Shown piece by piece: positions 12,620-27,112 of a stretch of 64,000 bases of DNA. Position 1 is the stretch's first letter. Every line of letters begins with the position of its first letter. Location of the stretch: the NCBI RefSeq assembly GCF_006345805.1, contig NC_043012.1:53568001-53632000 (forward strand), written 5' to 3'. The position numbers were made by a program, and so were the translations under genes. The DNA is from Octopus sinensis. Taxonomy: Eukaryota. The notes beneath the pieces are model-generated. The model was not told the DNA's origin and made no database searches. It saw nothing but the letters and a program-made list of their open reading frames with translations.

Positions 12620-13971
12620 TCTCCCTCTGTTTCTCCCACTCATCTGCCGACAATCAACATGAAGCTGCACGTGAATTTCTGACGGCATCGTGTGCGTGAT
12701 GTATGGCCTCTAAATTAAACTAAACTAATATTATCTTCGAGACTCAAGAAAAGATTATAAACTCTGACTCGTTGCGACTCTCGGTAATTTGTCTTTACTG
12801 ATTTACTGCTAAAAAGAAGAAAAAAACTTTAGATAAGTTACGAAATGCTTACTTGTGATATTATTCGCTTCCAAACAGCAGCCTCATGGAATATGATACA
12901 AAAGAAATGATTGCCTTCACCTTTCAACGCCATTGTCCAATCTTAGAAGGCTCTAATATATCTTAGCAGATGACTTCTTGAAACCATTCTATGTGAAAAT
13001 GTATTGAATTTTCAATACTGATTAAATAAATTTTTTGCCAAGCTTTGCGTCTTCGAGAGCAAATTACCAGTCAAATAACATCAATTTTCAGGAGACTTCA
13101 TTGCTTTCTTTTAGCTGTTTTTTCTTTAATTTTTTTTTCTTTCTTTCTTCGTCATTTAGTCGAGATTTCCTGAAGATGGTCAAGAACTAGAATTGTAGGT
13201 TACCTTCTAGCTTTCCTTTATATTGATAAGTCAAAGACAAAACCTCTAGGTGCTGTTTCAACCTCTTAGAAGTAACAGACTGAATTTCTCTCAAATCAGA
13301 CATTGCCAAATTAGACGTGAATATATTCAATAATGTGATTCAGGATACAATATTTCGGAATCTACAAAATAAATACCTAGCTGACCATGGCTTGGGTACT
13401 CGTTCACACAGGTTTAATTGGTTTAGGATAACCTAGGCGTAACTTACAGCATCATAAACAATACTAACAAAAGAAAATTACAAAGCTTTACATTCTGAGT
13501 TCTAATTGTGTCGAGGAGGATTTGTTTCCATTTCTACCGGGTGGAGTAAATAAGTATAAAAATATATGTATTAATGCTGATTATATTTCTTATCAAAGTG
13601 TCCTACAATTCTTTACCTAGCGTCGATGTAAATATTTAATATTTCATCCTCTCTAGATCGATAAAATAAGTACCAGTTAAGTACTGGGTTCAATGTAATC
13701 GGCTTAGCCATTCCCCGAAATTACAGGCCTTGTGTCAAGTTTGAAATCAATATTAAGTCTTCCTTATAAGGCAGTGAGCACGCCGGGCAGAATGCTTAGA
13801 GGCATTTCGTCCGTCCTTACGTTCTGAGTTCAAATTCCGCCGAGGTCGACTTTGCCTTTCATCCTCTTGGGATCGATAAAATAAGCACCAGTTGATCAGT
13901 TGGGTCGATGTAATCGACTATTCCGCGCCCACAAAATTTCAGGCATGTGCCTTTGGTAGAAAGGATTATTA

Positions 13972-14448
<477 letters not shown>

Positions 14449-14449
14449 T

Positions 14450-14665
14450 GGTGGCAGGCTGGCATGATAGTTAGCACGCTGGGCAAAATGCTCAGAGGTA
14501 TTTCGCCCGTACTTACGTCCTGGGCTCAAACTCCGCCCAGGCCGGTTTTGCCTTTTATACTTTTGATGTCGATAAAATAGTACAAGTTAAGTAGCGGATT
14601 CGATGCAATCGACTTACTCACTCTCCCGAAATTTCTGGCCTTGTGCCAAAATTTGAAATCAATAT
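14450..14665 (+). mobile_element. tRNA-derived SINE family B
   Basis: GGTGGCAGGCTGGCATGATAGTTAGCACGCTGGGC head, B-box-like GGCTCAAACTCC, and the conserved GCCTTT...GTCGATAAAATAGTAC core. Related copies at ~13650-13960, 19350-19560, 28715-28890, 44102-44476, 58895-59290, 60380-60590 and 62260-62920. Confidence 0.75.
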
Positions 14666-16233
14666 TGAGTCTTTCTTATGATCTTCGTTACTAATTCTTT
14701 TATTCAATTTTCTTCCATCGATCAAGTTTTCATTTCTCTCTTTAACGTTCTGAATTCAAATCCTCCTGAGACTAAATTTGAATTCACCATCCAAGTGAAA
14801 ACTAGTAGTGTTGAAAATTAACAATACTTCCTCTATACAATTCATTGTCGTGTATGAATGTTAGAAATAGTTATTAAGAATTCATAATCAACTTCATTAA
14901 CGTCTACAAATGCTTTGTTTCCATCATGTCTCCCTTGGTAATTTTCCCGCTTTTAAGTTGATCATTTTGGCTTGATTGTACTCGTCATTACGGCTTCTTT
15001 TGTTTAAATGCCGACGCTCGTGGCTTAGTGGTCAGGGCGTTGCATTCATGGTCGTAAGATTGTAGTTTGGATTCGACCTGTTAGAAGTAGTAGACTGAAT
15101 TTCCCTCTAACTACATGTTGCCATACATTGATAATGTTATCCAGGATGCAATATTTACGAATATACAAAATAAACAAAGAGCTGCTGATGTCTTAAGTAC
15201 TATTTCAAGCATGCTTATTTGCGATACGTTGTGTTCTTCAGCAAAACTATGAATCTCACGTTGCTCGAGTCAGTTCAACCGGCAAGAAAAAGTAATCCTG
15301 CGCTGGACATGCATCACGTCCTGGGCATGGAGGTGGAATATACCCGCCACAATATCCGGGAAACCAGCCTTAAGAGCCTATGACTCGAGAAAGCCCTTTG
15401 ATCATTACTCTCTCTTTTAAACGTTGTCATAGTCTTAAACAGATTCAATATAAAAATCTTGAAAATTACTTATAGAAGCACCCCAAGGATTATAAGTATT
15501 TTAACCTGTAAACCCAGAACATTTACGAATAATGAATATAAAGTAAAAGTAATCGCCATTCCTTTCCTTTGCAATCATTTATTCTTTCAAGTCTCTTTAA
15601 ATTTCCAAGACATTTTATTCTGCTTTATAAATACTGACAACTAGCTATGTGTACTGTATCAAAATGCTATTAAATGAAGTTTTCTTAAAGAATGAAGATT
15701 TTATGGAATCAAGGTTTTCAAGAAATACTCCGATAGCAGAATTTTCGTCTCAAAATCTGTTGAGGGGGTAGATGATGAGAATTTAACAAATGCATCAGTG
15801 TTCCCTTTGAAGGCTTCACAGAAGTTTCCCTTTACGATAAAAAAAGGCATATTAAACAAGTAATTATGAAATTACATCCTGCAATGTTATACACATTTGA
15901 CATGGCTTGCGGGGTTAGATTACCGTGTGATATCTGTTCCTGTATTTCCGTCTAGACAGCAGTGCCTGAGATGATACTAGTGTCTATCTGAAGTGGTCCA
16001 AGTTGCTGCTCCTTTCTTTCGGGGGCGAAAAAGGGAGACTTACCTGGAATGATCAACGGCCAGTCTTGTCCTCCCTAAATTATGGGTATTTATGAATGTA
16101 TATTTATACACACGCACACACACGCACACACATACATACATACATACATACGCACACACACACACGCAGGCACACGCACACACACACATATATATATATA
16201 CATATATAATTATATATATGCATATATATATAT

Positions 16234-16265
<32 letters not shown>

Positions 16266-17307
16266 ATTATATATATGCATATGTATGTGTGTGTGTTGTG
16301 TTAGTCTTTGTGCGCGTAAGTGTGAGCAGGAAAATAAATTTTCATGCGAGTAAAAGTATAAAGGAGTATAAAATTTTAAAGTAGAAAGGAAAAACAATTG
16401 AAAACGCGCTTGGTGTGTTTAATAAGATTTATTTGCCTTTAATTGACTAGTTTCACTATTTTATGATTTCCAAAGTATTTTGTGATGGAGAAAGCCAGAG
16501 CTATGCCGTGTTTGTCTCAACACCGAGTAAAGTCGTAAAAATTTTGTTTTCAGAGTTGATGAATCAAATTGTCATCATTTGAAGCTCATATAACATTGGA
16601 TCAAGTTTTTCAGGTGATGATATGAATGGTAACTGCGCAAAAATTATGCCTGTGTTAGGCTGCAAAATGTGTACGTTATGTCGGCATATGAGGTCACGTG
16701 ATTTACAGACAATAATTTTGGCAAAATCAAAATGGTCCAGTAAATGCGTCATGCGATAATGTGAACGACAGGTTGTAAAACTAGAGAAATGGATATCTTG
16801 ATTGTGTATATGTTTGTCTAAGTCTTTGTGCTGTATTAAACAGTATATTTGTTTTTCGGAAGAAGTAGATATTAATTATGGGTTAAAATCTGTGAGCCAG
16901 AAGAGGAAATCGATATCAACGTTTGTGTTAATGTTAGAAGAGTGAACGTTTGAAATCAAAGTACTTATCATTATAGACAGAGGAATAGAATAAAATATAT
17001 GATGAAAGTAAAATAATAATGAAAATAGAAATAATAAAACTAATTTATAGATTAAGTTCTATGCAGGATTAGTGAGAAGTAACAAAGTAGGCGCATTTGT
17101 GGGAGATCTGGTCATCAAAAATAAACTTAACGAAATGTTTGCATGATCAGAAACATTGCGAGAGTTCCTTAAGACAGTCTTTAGATCTTCTGTTGAGATT
17201 GCGTAAATACTTGTATAAGTTTGTGTATTCGTTTGTATACATTTGTAGAGCATATGTATATATTTTGACACAACTGTGGATTTCTTTTTCTTTCGTCATC
17301 TCTAAAG

Positions 17308-17450
17308 GAGTTTGAGTAGTACGTATATATTTTGTCTTGAAATCTCCTTATGTCATCGCTGTATATTTTTCGGTTTCCAATTTTCCATTGTTGTTTCTGG
17401 AACTGACTTCCGATTCACATACTGTTATTCAACTATTGCACCTTTGTCAG
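17308..17450 (+). CDS. Candidate exon of an unidentified gene (phase 2 to 1)
   Basis: Long pyrimidine tract then ctctaaag|, donor CAG|gtaagc. Only one open frame: SLSSTYIFCLEISLCHRCIFFGFQFSIVVSGTDFRFTYCYSTIAPLS. No homology recognised. Confidence 0.3.
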
Positions 17451-18327
17451 GTAAGCATGTTACCTTGGTTTTGTAGCTGGCTGAATTCACTGAGCGTGTT
17501 CCAGTTTTGTTGGCTAGAATACTTTTAATTTCTTGAGTGCGACTAACTTTCAGTATTGACAATTGCCAATGATAATTACATAGTCAAACGCAATATGCGA
17601 TTATATCGCTCGCTCTAGACATTCTAAAGGCATAAACCGGAATCCTTTCTTATAATTATACAAGCTAGATTTCCAGTTAACACCAATAAGTTAGTTAATG
17701 ATCAATTTCTGTTGGAATATTAATAGCTGGACACAGTTTGCAAATATGAATCTTGAATTATTCATCACCATTAACCTAGACGTTCTAATTTGAATATAAA
17801 TTCCTTTAGCCCCTTACACTCACTAGAGAATTTGATTTGTCAAGTGTTTTTGTCGCAACATTTGATTGAAACATATCAGTGGCTTCATATATGCACAATA
17901 TTTACAAATGATATAAACTTTCTTAATAACATCTATGCTGAGAAGTATATTTCTGGAGTTTAAATAATTATAAAACCGACGGACACCAGAGAGGTAGATA
18001 TATTCATAAAGTTAAAAAGCAGAAAACCATAACCAAAGCAAAAGCTATTGAAAACATTGTCAATAGTATTGTGTCTTCCAAAAATGATACAATACGAGAT
18101 AAGTCGTTTAAGACAAGTCCAATCGCCAACGTATTGGTTTGTTGTTTTCGTAAAAGTTTATTGGTGAAAATAGTAAAAGAAGCACTTTCTTCTTCATATC
18201 CAAATAGTTGAGAAGGTATGCAAATGACTAAAGTCTTCAATTTCTGAAACTTTTCACGATGGAGGATGTTTTGTTCATGAGTAGTTAGCGTCCTTGATAA
18301 ATAAGCAAGAGAGAAATAATCTTGCAG

Positions 18328-18386
18328 AAATGTGACATATGCAGGACTAGATAGCTCAATGTGTCCAGATTTTTTTCTATACGACA
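18328..18386 (+). CDS. Candidate exon (phase 2 to 1), unidentified
   Basis: tcttgcag| acceptor and CA|gtaagc donor. Encodes NVTYAGLDSSMCPDFFLYD, in phase with 18639-18757. Confidence 0.3.
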
Positions 18387-18638
18387 GTAAGCTGTGTTTT
18401 AAGAGAAAAACCACTGAATTAACTCGCAGACTTAGCAGTCAAGAAGAGGCTTTCTTGACCTCCCTATTTCTCAGTACATAACAAGTACTTTGTTTTAATA
18501 CAAATTTTGTGCCTGAAACCGTTTAATAATGTGAGCATTATCACTATCACATGCTTACTATGTGTTAGTAAACGCCACAAATTTGTGGCATTTCGTCAAA
18601 AGGAGACTATTTTAAATACACATCGTCCTTTAAAACAG

Positions 18639-18757
18639 TATATTTCAAAGATGAGCAAAATGAAATTGCTCTGGAAGTGAAAGAGAGTGACAGGTATCAA
18701 TATTTTGAGGTCATAACACACTCCATCTCTGAAACGACTCGCACCAGCCAGCTAGAG
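18639..18757 (+). CDS. Candidate coding exon (phase 1 to 0), unidentified protein
   Basis: cctttaaaacag| acceptor and GAG|gtatgt donor. 119-nt open frame YFKDEQNEIALEVKESDRYQYFEVITHSISETTRTSQLE with globular-protein-like composition. Confidence 0.5.
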
Positions 18758-18987
18758 GTATGTATAGACATAACGTAACAATTATTTGCTTATGTGCAAA
18801 AGCGTCGCACAAAGAAAACAAAATTCAAATCCTATGTTTTTAAGCAGGACACGTCTTTAAAGGTCCCTGGACGAAATGTCGCAGCTTTGTAGCGTTACAT
18901 TAGATACATACATTAAGTATGTGATATTTATATTTGTATTATTATCATTATGAAAGTAATGTATGCCATTTAAGTGACACTGAGGAT

Positions 18988-19006
18988 ACTACTACTACTA
19001 CTACTG

Positions 19007-19042
<36 letters not shown>

Positions 19043-19284
19043 TTATTATTATTATTATTATTAGTAGTAGTAGTTAGTAGTAGTAGTAGCAGTAGCAGCA
19101 GCAGCAGCAGTAGTAGTAGTAGCAGTAGTAGTAGTAGTAGTAGTAGTAGCAGCAGCAGCAGTAGCAGTAGTAGTAGTAGTAGTTGTAGTAGTAGCAGTTG
19201 TAGTAGTAGCAGTTGTAGTAGTATAGTAGTAGTAGTAGTAGTAGTAGTAGCAGCAACAGTAGTATTAGTAGTAGTAGCAGCAGC

Positions 19285-19335
<51 letters not shown>

Positions 19336-19349
19336 TGTAGTAGTAGTAG
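18988..19349. repeat. (ACT)n/(ATT)n/(AGT)n/(AGC)n compound microsatellite
   Basis: Seen directly. Confidence 0.95.
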
Positions 19350-19877
19350 TTAAGGCGGCGGGGTGGCAGAATCGTTATCACGCCCAGCAAAATACTTAGC
19401 GGCATTTCGCCCGTCTTTATGTTCTGAGTTCAAATTCTGCCAACGTCGACTTTGCCTTTCATCATATTGGGGTCAATAAAATATATACCACTTGTCTAAT
19501 GGGGTCGATGTAATCCACTTACCCACTCCCCGAAATTTCAGGCCCTGTACCTATTGTAGAAATTTTCATCATCATCATCGCTTTTTCTTTGCTAGAAATA
19601 TATGAAGATGAGAAAAAGATTTATGCTTGGTGTTTCATAACCTTTAGAACAAGAATCTCGACTCTACGTATTTCAACCGCATATCATTTTGCACAGTTGG
19701 AGAAGCAATCGCAAAGCCTTGTCAATATAATAATTATTTCTAGATACTTTCTTATGTGAACATAAACATTTGATCATTGTTGAAAATTTTATCAAGAATT
19801 CCCAGTTGGCCTAATAACGTTTACATACAGACACACGAGCCAGCACACACACACACACACACGCACACACTCTCTCC

Positions 19878-20250
<373 letters not shown>

Positions 20251-21231
20251 CTTGAAACTGAAATTGAAATTTAGGTGTAACAGTATGATACTGAAATATT
20301 CGTTTCAAATTTTGGCGCAAGGCCAGCAAAGACGGAGGAAAGTGTTAGCTCATTACATCGACTGATACTTATTTTATCGACCCTGAAATGATGAAAGGTA
20401 AAGTCGTCCCCGCCGAAATACAATTACTGAAATATTGAAGTATCATCTTGTGTATTGTAATTTAAAATCAGCTACAGTTGTTCAAATTTATTTGTGGCTA
20501 AAACACTAAATTCTTCACGCCCTGAATTCACGTCGCTTTCAAGCAGACGATAGTCATTTGAAACGTAGTCAAAATGGCTTATCATTCACTGATACGAAAA
20601 GCTGAAAACTCACTAGATCTAGTGCACAGGTACATGGTTTCGATAAATATATAGCCCTGAAATTATTTCTTATAACGTGGCTGTATTTTCTTTTCAAATG
20701 ACTTTGAAACACATAACCCTGAAATATGACACATGGAAAACTGCCAGGCGCAAGCCGAACATAATACATACTAACTAGATTCCAATGCATTAGTAAAACT
20801 AACGAAATATTGTAGGTGTCTGGCCTCAAGCTGAATGCTGATACAGCTGCACCGTGCCATTATTCAGTTCCAGCGGAATTATTGATCTTAGTAGTGTGAA
20901 ATTATAAAATGTTCTATGCATTCTAATATACATTACTGGATTATCTTAAATCGTAAACAGAGACAAAGGGTCGTGATATAAACAGGACGAAATCTATATC
21001 AGGTTACCAAAGAGATTTTTCAAATAAATGCATAGTAAATTTAAGTTCAAGGGTTAACAAAATGAATGTATTTAAGCACACACGCATACACACATACACC
21101 CCCCCCCACATATATGCGTGTATATATATATATATGCATACATACATAAATGTATACATACGTATATCTTTAATACAAATGTGTGTACATTTGTACATCT
21201 ATACATACATATATACCTATATATTTCTACA

Positions 21232-21281
<50 letters not shown>

Positions 21282-21883
21282 TACGTACATATATATATAT
21301 ATGTATATGTATGTATTTCATATGTACACATATATACACATATATTTCCATATCTATCTAAACATATATACGCATGAATGTGTAACGGTAGTCTGCGTTG
21401 GTCTGTGGGATGGAAGTGGGGCGTTACTGGGTTTGTGTGCGTGGTTTAAAAACTGACTTTTAAGCCCCTTTGAAAAGGATACATTTATCATTTTAAAACA
21501 AGATAGAGATATTGAAAACTGGAAAAGTTGTAAAGGGCGGAGTAACATTATCAGCAACAAATGCTAATGAGCAAAAATTAGGAATAACTAGAACTGGTTA
21601 TGGTCAATATATGTTTCAAAGACAAGATATTATGAAAAACCGACCAGATGTTCTTTCTATCTTGAACATCCAAACTCTTAATAGGCTTAGTCGTAAACGT
21701 CTAATAAGAAACTGCCTTCTGAACAATATGCCTCCGGGCTTAGTCCCACTGCTCCATTGCATGGCACGTTCGGGAAGTGTCTTCTACCATTGCCCCAGGC
21801 CGACTAAAGCCCTGTGAGCGGATTTTATAGAAGGAAACTGAATGAAGCGTGTCATATAAAAGATATTAATATTTATATATATA

Positions 21884-21935
<52 letters not shown>

Positions 21936-22404
21936 TGTGCTGTGCCTGTGTGTGTATGTGTGTGTGTTTGACAAAAAGCGACCGATTGTATAAGTAATAC
22001 ATTTTTCACAAAAAAATTTTAAAAATACTGTGGTGGATTTGTTTGACTACACTCTTAAAGGCGGTTCCAAAGTTTGGTCACAGTCCAATGAGTGAAACAA
22101 GTAAAAAATAAAGAATAAAAGTTACATAGAATTTTCACTTCACTGCTTGTTTATCCTTTCTTTCTTATATACAAATGTGCCTGCTCAATGATGAACCACT
22201 TATAGCAATTCTTCCCTAAGCGGCTACATCATTTCGTGATAGTTGATGTTCAAGTCGGAGTTTTAGTGGTCAACCAACTCGAGCATTTATCGTACATACC
22301 TATTACATAATATTATTAGGCGGAATTTTACACTCACACACACACAAACACACTCGCGCATACACTCACACACGCGCGGACGCACATACAAACACATGCA
22401 TATT

Positions 22405-22625
22405 TAGACGCGTGTACTGAAAAGTTCCTGGCTTTGGGTAAAAGAAAATGTAGGAGGATCAGATAATTGTGATTTTATTCAATATACACCCCTCTCGATT
22501 TTATACACTTATTGCAGCGGTCCTTCAGTTTTTCTATTCCCTGTAAAAGAGCTCGGAATGTTGGACCTCCAGCCAGGCCCTTCACGATACTCTTAAAGCC
22601 AAAGATGTTTCAGCTTCCCCTCGTA
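22405..22625. mobile_element. Mariner-type MITE
   Basis: Imperfect TIRs: (cg)cgtgtactgaaaagttcctggcttt and aaagccaaagatgtttcagcttcccctcgta. No ORF. Confidence 0.55.
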
Positions 22626-22713
22626 AAATCTTCACCCAGCGAGGTGAAAATTCTATGTCTATATGTTATCTTTTACCTATATATATATATGTTATATATA
22701 TATATGTATTATA

Positions 22714-22755
<42 letters not shown>

Positions 22756-23027
22756 ATATATATAATATATATATATATATACTATATAATATATATATAT
22801 ATATATGATGCACCACGAAATTGATCAGGTCGCGATCTCAATGCGACGAAAATATTGGCAAATTACATTTTAATGTTGCAGTGAATCTAACGGTTTTGTG
22901 TTTTTAAATGGCTTATAACTTCTTCACGCTGCTGCAATTGTTTTGTTTCAGCACACGATCTCAGCTCAGGTCACTTGCTATGCAAGTACATCTCCGTAAT
23001 ACATAATACATACATACATATAAGTAG

Positions 23028-23061
<34 letters not shown>

Positions 23062-23075
23062 ATATTATATATATA

Positions 23076-26000
23076 CAAGGACTACCCACATTGTTACTAC
23101 TGAACAACATAAAACATAACTTAGAACAATGCAAACATTAAACTTCCACCTCGACATTCCTGTTAAATGTACGTGGCATCAACCCATCAATTATTGACCA
23201 AAAATGGAAGATCCCATATATAGAGAGTTGGCTTGCCGAAACGGCACATTGCTTCTCTTTCTTTATCCTTACTGAGACTCACCTGAACAACACACATATG
23301 GATGCTGAGGTAAAAATAAAAGATTTCACCATTGTTTGTGCGAATCGCACAGACCGAAATGAGGAAGGGACAGCCATCTTTATCCGTGACTCCTTTTCAC
23401 TTGATGCCGAGGACATATTTTCCAATGGCTATTGTGAATCTGTATCACTATTCAGCAAGGTCAAGGACATAATCATTGTTGGTCTTTACAGGCCTCCCCA
23501 AGCACCTCTAAAGTGCTTTGAAGAGTGCCTTAGCAAAGACAAGTCCTTCATTCGGAAGTACAACTCCGGAAACATACAAGTGATGGGTGATTTTAACCTC
23601 CCTCCTGTGAACTGGCCCACAAATACTCTGAAGTTAGGCAAATGCTCTTCATCAGATAGAGAAGCAGCAGAATTGCTCTTTAATCTAATGGATGAATTCT
23701 TCCTGACTCAGCTAGTGCTCGAACCAACGAGACAGAATAAAACGATCTTGAGTCTGGAATTGACCAATCACTCTAGCTTCGTTCACAGTATTTCAGTTGA
23801 AAAAACTCTCCTCTTAGACTACGACATGGTACTCTGCAATTTTAATTCCCGACATATAAAAAGCCAAACCAGCCAATCCCATTCCATGGCACTCATTTGA
23901 CAACATAAACTTCCACAAAGCGGACTGGGGAGCAATTAGAAAGGATCCGTCTTTCATCGACTGGTCTTTTACTCTCAATTCCACCCATATTGAGACCGCA
24001 TGGCAGCAATTTGAGAACATTGTCACCTATACATGCTCTAAACACGCTCCCACGAAATCTACTAACACAAACAGAAACCGGCTCCCTAAAAAGAAAAAAA
24101 CACTCATCAGGCGCATCAAAAGACTAATTAAAAAATCAACTAATTAAAATATTCCCACATACAACATCCACATTCAACAACAATGAAAAGGCTAGAGCTG
24201 GGAAAAACTTCATCTGCAGACCGACATGAAAACCTCCATTGAAAATCAAAGAGCTGTGGAGGAACAGTGGGTAATCAAAAACATCAAACAGAATGTTCTA
24301 TTCTTATGCAAATAAGCATAGAACCGCTGTCTCACACATTGGGCCATTGATTGATGATAACGGCATTCCCCAACACGAGGCTAAAGAAATGGCAGAAATA
24401 CTGCAGAAGCAATACTGCTCTGTCTTTAGTGTTCCCACTGATATTGACGTAAGAGAAGCGAACGAAGTTGATTCCCAACATAAAATCTCAGACATAACCT
24501 TCACTGCCACTGACATCATAGCAGCAATAAATGAGGTCAAATACTACTCTGCTGTAGGCCCTGATAGATTCCCCGCTAGTCTCCTGAAGGAATGTAGACA
24601 CCAACTTGCAGTCCCTCTGGAGAAATTCGTTAGACGCAGATTATATACCGAAACAGTTTCTATCCCAGTCAGTCATCCCGGTTTTCAAACAGTGAAACAG
24701 ATCCCTCGCACTCAACTATCGCCCAATCTCACTCACCTCCCACATCATTAAAGTGTTTGAAAGAGTGTTAAGATCAAGGACAGCTGACTTCCTGGAGACC
24801 CATAAACTCCTAAATGCAAATCAGCATGGCTTTTGCTGTGGCAGGAACTGTCTAACACAGCTCTTACACCACATTGAAGATATACTCAAAGCCTTGGGAA
24901 CAGGTTCGACCTCTTATGTCATATATCTTGACTTCAGTAAAGCGTTCGACAGGGTAGACCATAATATCCTACTCTCAAAATTGGCAAATGTTGGAATCCG
25001 TGGAAAAGTTCTACACTGGATTAAGTATTTCCTGGCGAATAGAACACAACATGTTGTAGTTGATGGATTCCACTCAAGCCCAGCAAAAGTCAACAGCGGT
25101 GTCTCCCAGGGGACTATCTTGGGCCCGCTACTCTTTATAATTTACATAAACGACCTTTCCAGTGTCGTACATTACTGCAAAGTGAAAATATTTGCTGATG
25201 ACACTAAGCTCCAGCAAATCGTCAATGAATAAGCAGACCGAACTCAACTCCAGTCTGATCTATATGCTGTGAGTCAAAGGGCAGACAGAAACAAAATGCA
25301 ACTGAACGAGGGAAAATTTGAGCTGATGCATTTTGGAAGAAATTCCTCACTAAAACAGCCATACTCTCTTCCTTCAGGGGAACCGCTCACAGCCTCTAAC
25401 AATATCAGAGACTGGGTGTTATTGTTGATGACGATCTCAGTTGGAGTGCACACATCAACAATAAGGTCGATATAGCTCGTAGGATGAGTTCCTGGATCTT
25501 AAGAACTTTCCGGTCCAGAGAACAAGGTATCATCATACCACTTTTCTCCTCCTTTGTACGGCCACCCTCAAATACTGCTTGCACACTGGGGTCTCCCCAT
25601 ACAAGACAAAACATCTCGAGGATTGAATCACCCCAGAGGCACTCACTAAACGAATTGAAGGCATGGCTGCTCTCGATTATTGGGACCGCCTTAAGCCTTG
25701 AAACTCTACTCTCTCCAGCGTCGCGTGAGCAGTACATCATTTGTACGATGTGGAGAATATACCGCCAACTTTGCCCAAACGACCTGAACATTAGCTTCAA
25801 GGTTCATCCAAGACTGGGACCACAGGTCATACGTCCCCTGCCCAATTCAAGATCACAGCATACATGTACACTGCAACATAATTTCTTTTCCTCAACAAGC
25901 CCTGCCCTATTTAACATTGTCTCGAAAGAGATCAAAGAGGAAAAGGATCCCATCAACGGAGTCTGGATAGTTTCCTTCACATAATACCACATAAGCCACC

Positions 26001-26108
26001 ATAATTGGATACAACTCACCCAACAAAAACTCACTACTTGAATGGACCATAAACAAAACTTGATTTAAACAGGATTCAGATAATCCTATTGGTCGAAGCA
26101 TATCTAAG
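23076..26108 (+). mobile_element. Decayed CR1/L2-group LINE ORF2 (APE endonuclease + RT)
   Basis: APE motifs LTETHL, GLYRPP, GDFNLP, EPTR. RT motifs YLDFSKAFDRVDH, SGVSQGTILGPLLFIIYIND, IFADDTKL. Multiple stops and frameshifts. Confidence 0.93.
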
Positions 26109-26177
26109 TTTATGTATATATATGTATATATATATATATGTATGTATGTATATATATACATATATGTGTGTATATAT

Positions 26178-26382
26178 GACCGCGATCACTGTGACCGACC
26201 AGGCTATCAGATGTTGCTACACATCGCTGGTCACAATGCGCTTCGCATTGTTTTAGCCTTCAAATGACGCCACCCCGCTGGCTAAGCGAGCAGGCCAACA
26301 GAAGGAAGAGTGAGAGAAAGTTGTGGCGAAAGAGTACAGCAGGGATCACCACCATCCTCTGCGGAGCCTCGTGCGCCTCCAC

Positions 26383-26385
<3 letters not shown>
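26178..26385 (-). mobile_element. SINE fragment related to 32389-32767
   Basis: Shares gaggctcc..gatggtggtga.ccctgctgtactctttc.ccac.actt..tctcactc with 32480-32570 in reverse orientation. Confidence 0.6.
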
Positions 26386-26413
<28 letters not shown>

Positions 26414-26436
26414 TATATATATATATATATATATTA

Positions 26437-26509
<73 letters not shown>

Positions 26510-26580
26510 CCGAGTAAACACTAAATGTGAACAAGGTGGAAAAAAAAAGAGTACTCAAATACCAGTGGTAGAGTAATATG

Positions 26581-26713
26581 CTTTATTTTAAGCAGCAGAA
26601 AATTCAACAAAATCTGTTACTCTGGTTTTCTCGTTGCCGTTCATCAGACAGTTTTTGCTAGCAGAGTAACAGAGTAACAGATTTTGTTTAATTTTCTGCT
26701 GCTTAAAATAAAG
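26581..26713. repeat. 44-bp inverted repeat enclosing a degenerate hammerhead motif (26614-26651, -)
   Basis: Arms 26581-26624 and 26670-26713. Minus strand: CUGU-CUGAUGA-ACGGCAACGA-GAAA-ACCAGAG-UA-ACAG. Confidence 0.6.
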
Positions 26714-26870
26714 TATATATATATATAACGGGAAGCTTATGAAAATAAACAAAAGACGAAGGCAGGTGGAAAACAAACGAACAATTGTATTAGTATGGCG
26801 CTCAGGAAATATAAATAAAACAAGTATATATGTATATATATAGTATATATATATGTATATTATATATGTA

Positions 26871-26901
<31 letters not shown>

Positions 26902-27066
26902 ATATATATATATGAATATATAGAGCCACCCTCTATTCTAAGCATTTACAAAATTCGCAAAAATATCACTTAAATTTGAAACTGAAGGGTTTTTTAACGC
27001 ATATTATTTCAGGTAGCAATATGTATGTATATATAGATATATATATATATATATATATATAATATG

Positions 27067-27112
<46 letters not shown>

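Noticed and set aside
13165-13200. CUGAAGA-UGGU..ACUA-GAAU-UGUA
   Set aside because: The core is broken and stem I is poor.
18004-18414. 136-aa minus-strand ORF with a hydrophobic C-terminus
   Set aside because: GTG start and no recognisable homology. It overlaps a + strand candidate exon with better splice signals.
22820-22865. GUCGC/GCGAC stem followed by GAAA-AUAUU
   Set aside because: No CUGANGA upstream; at most a relic.
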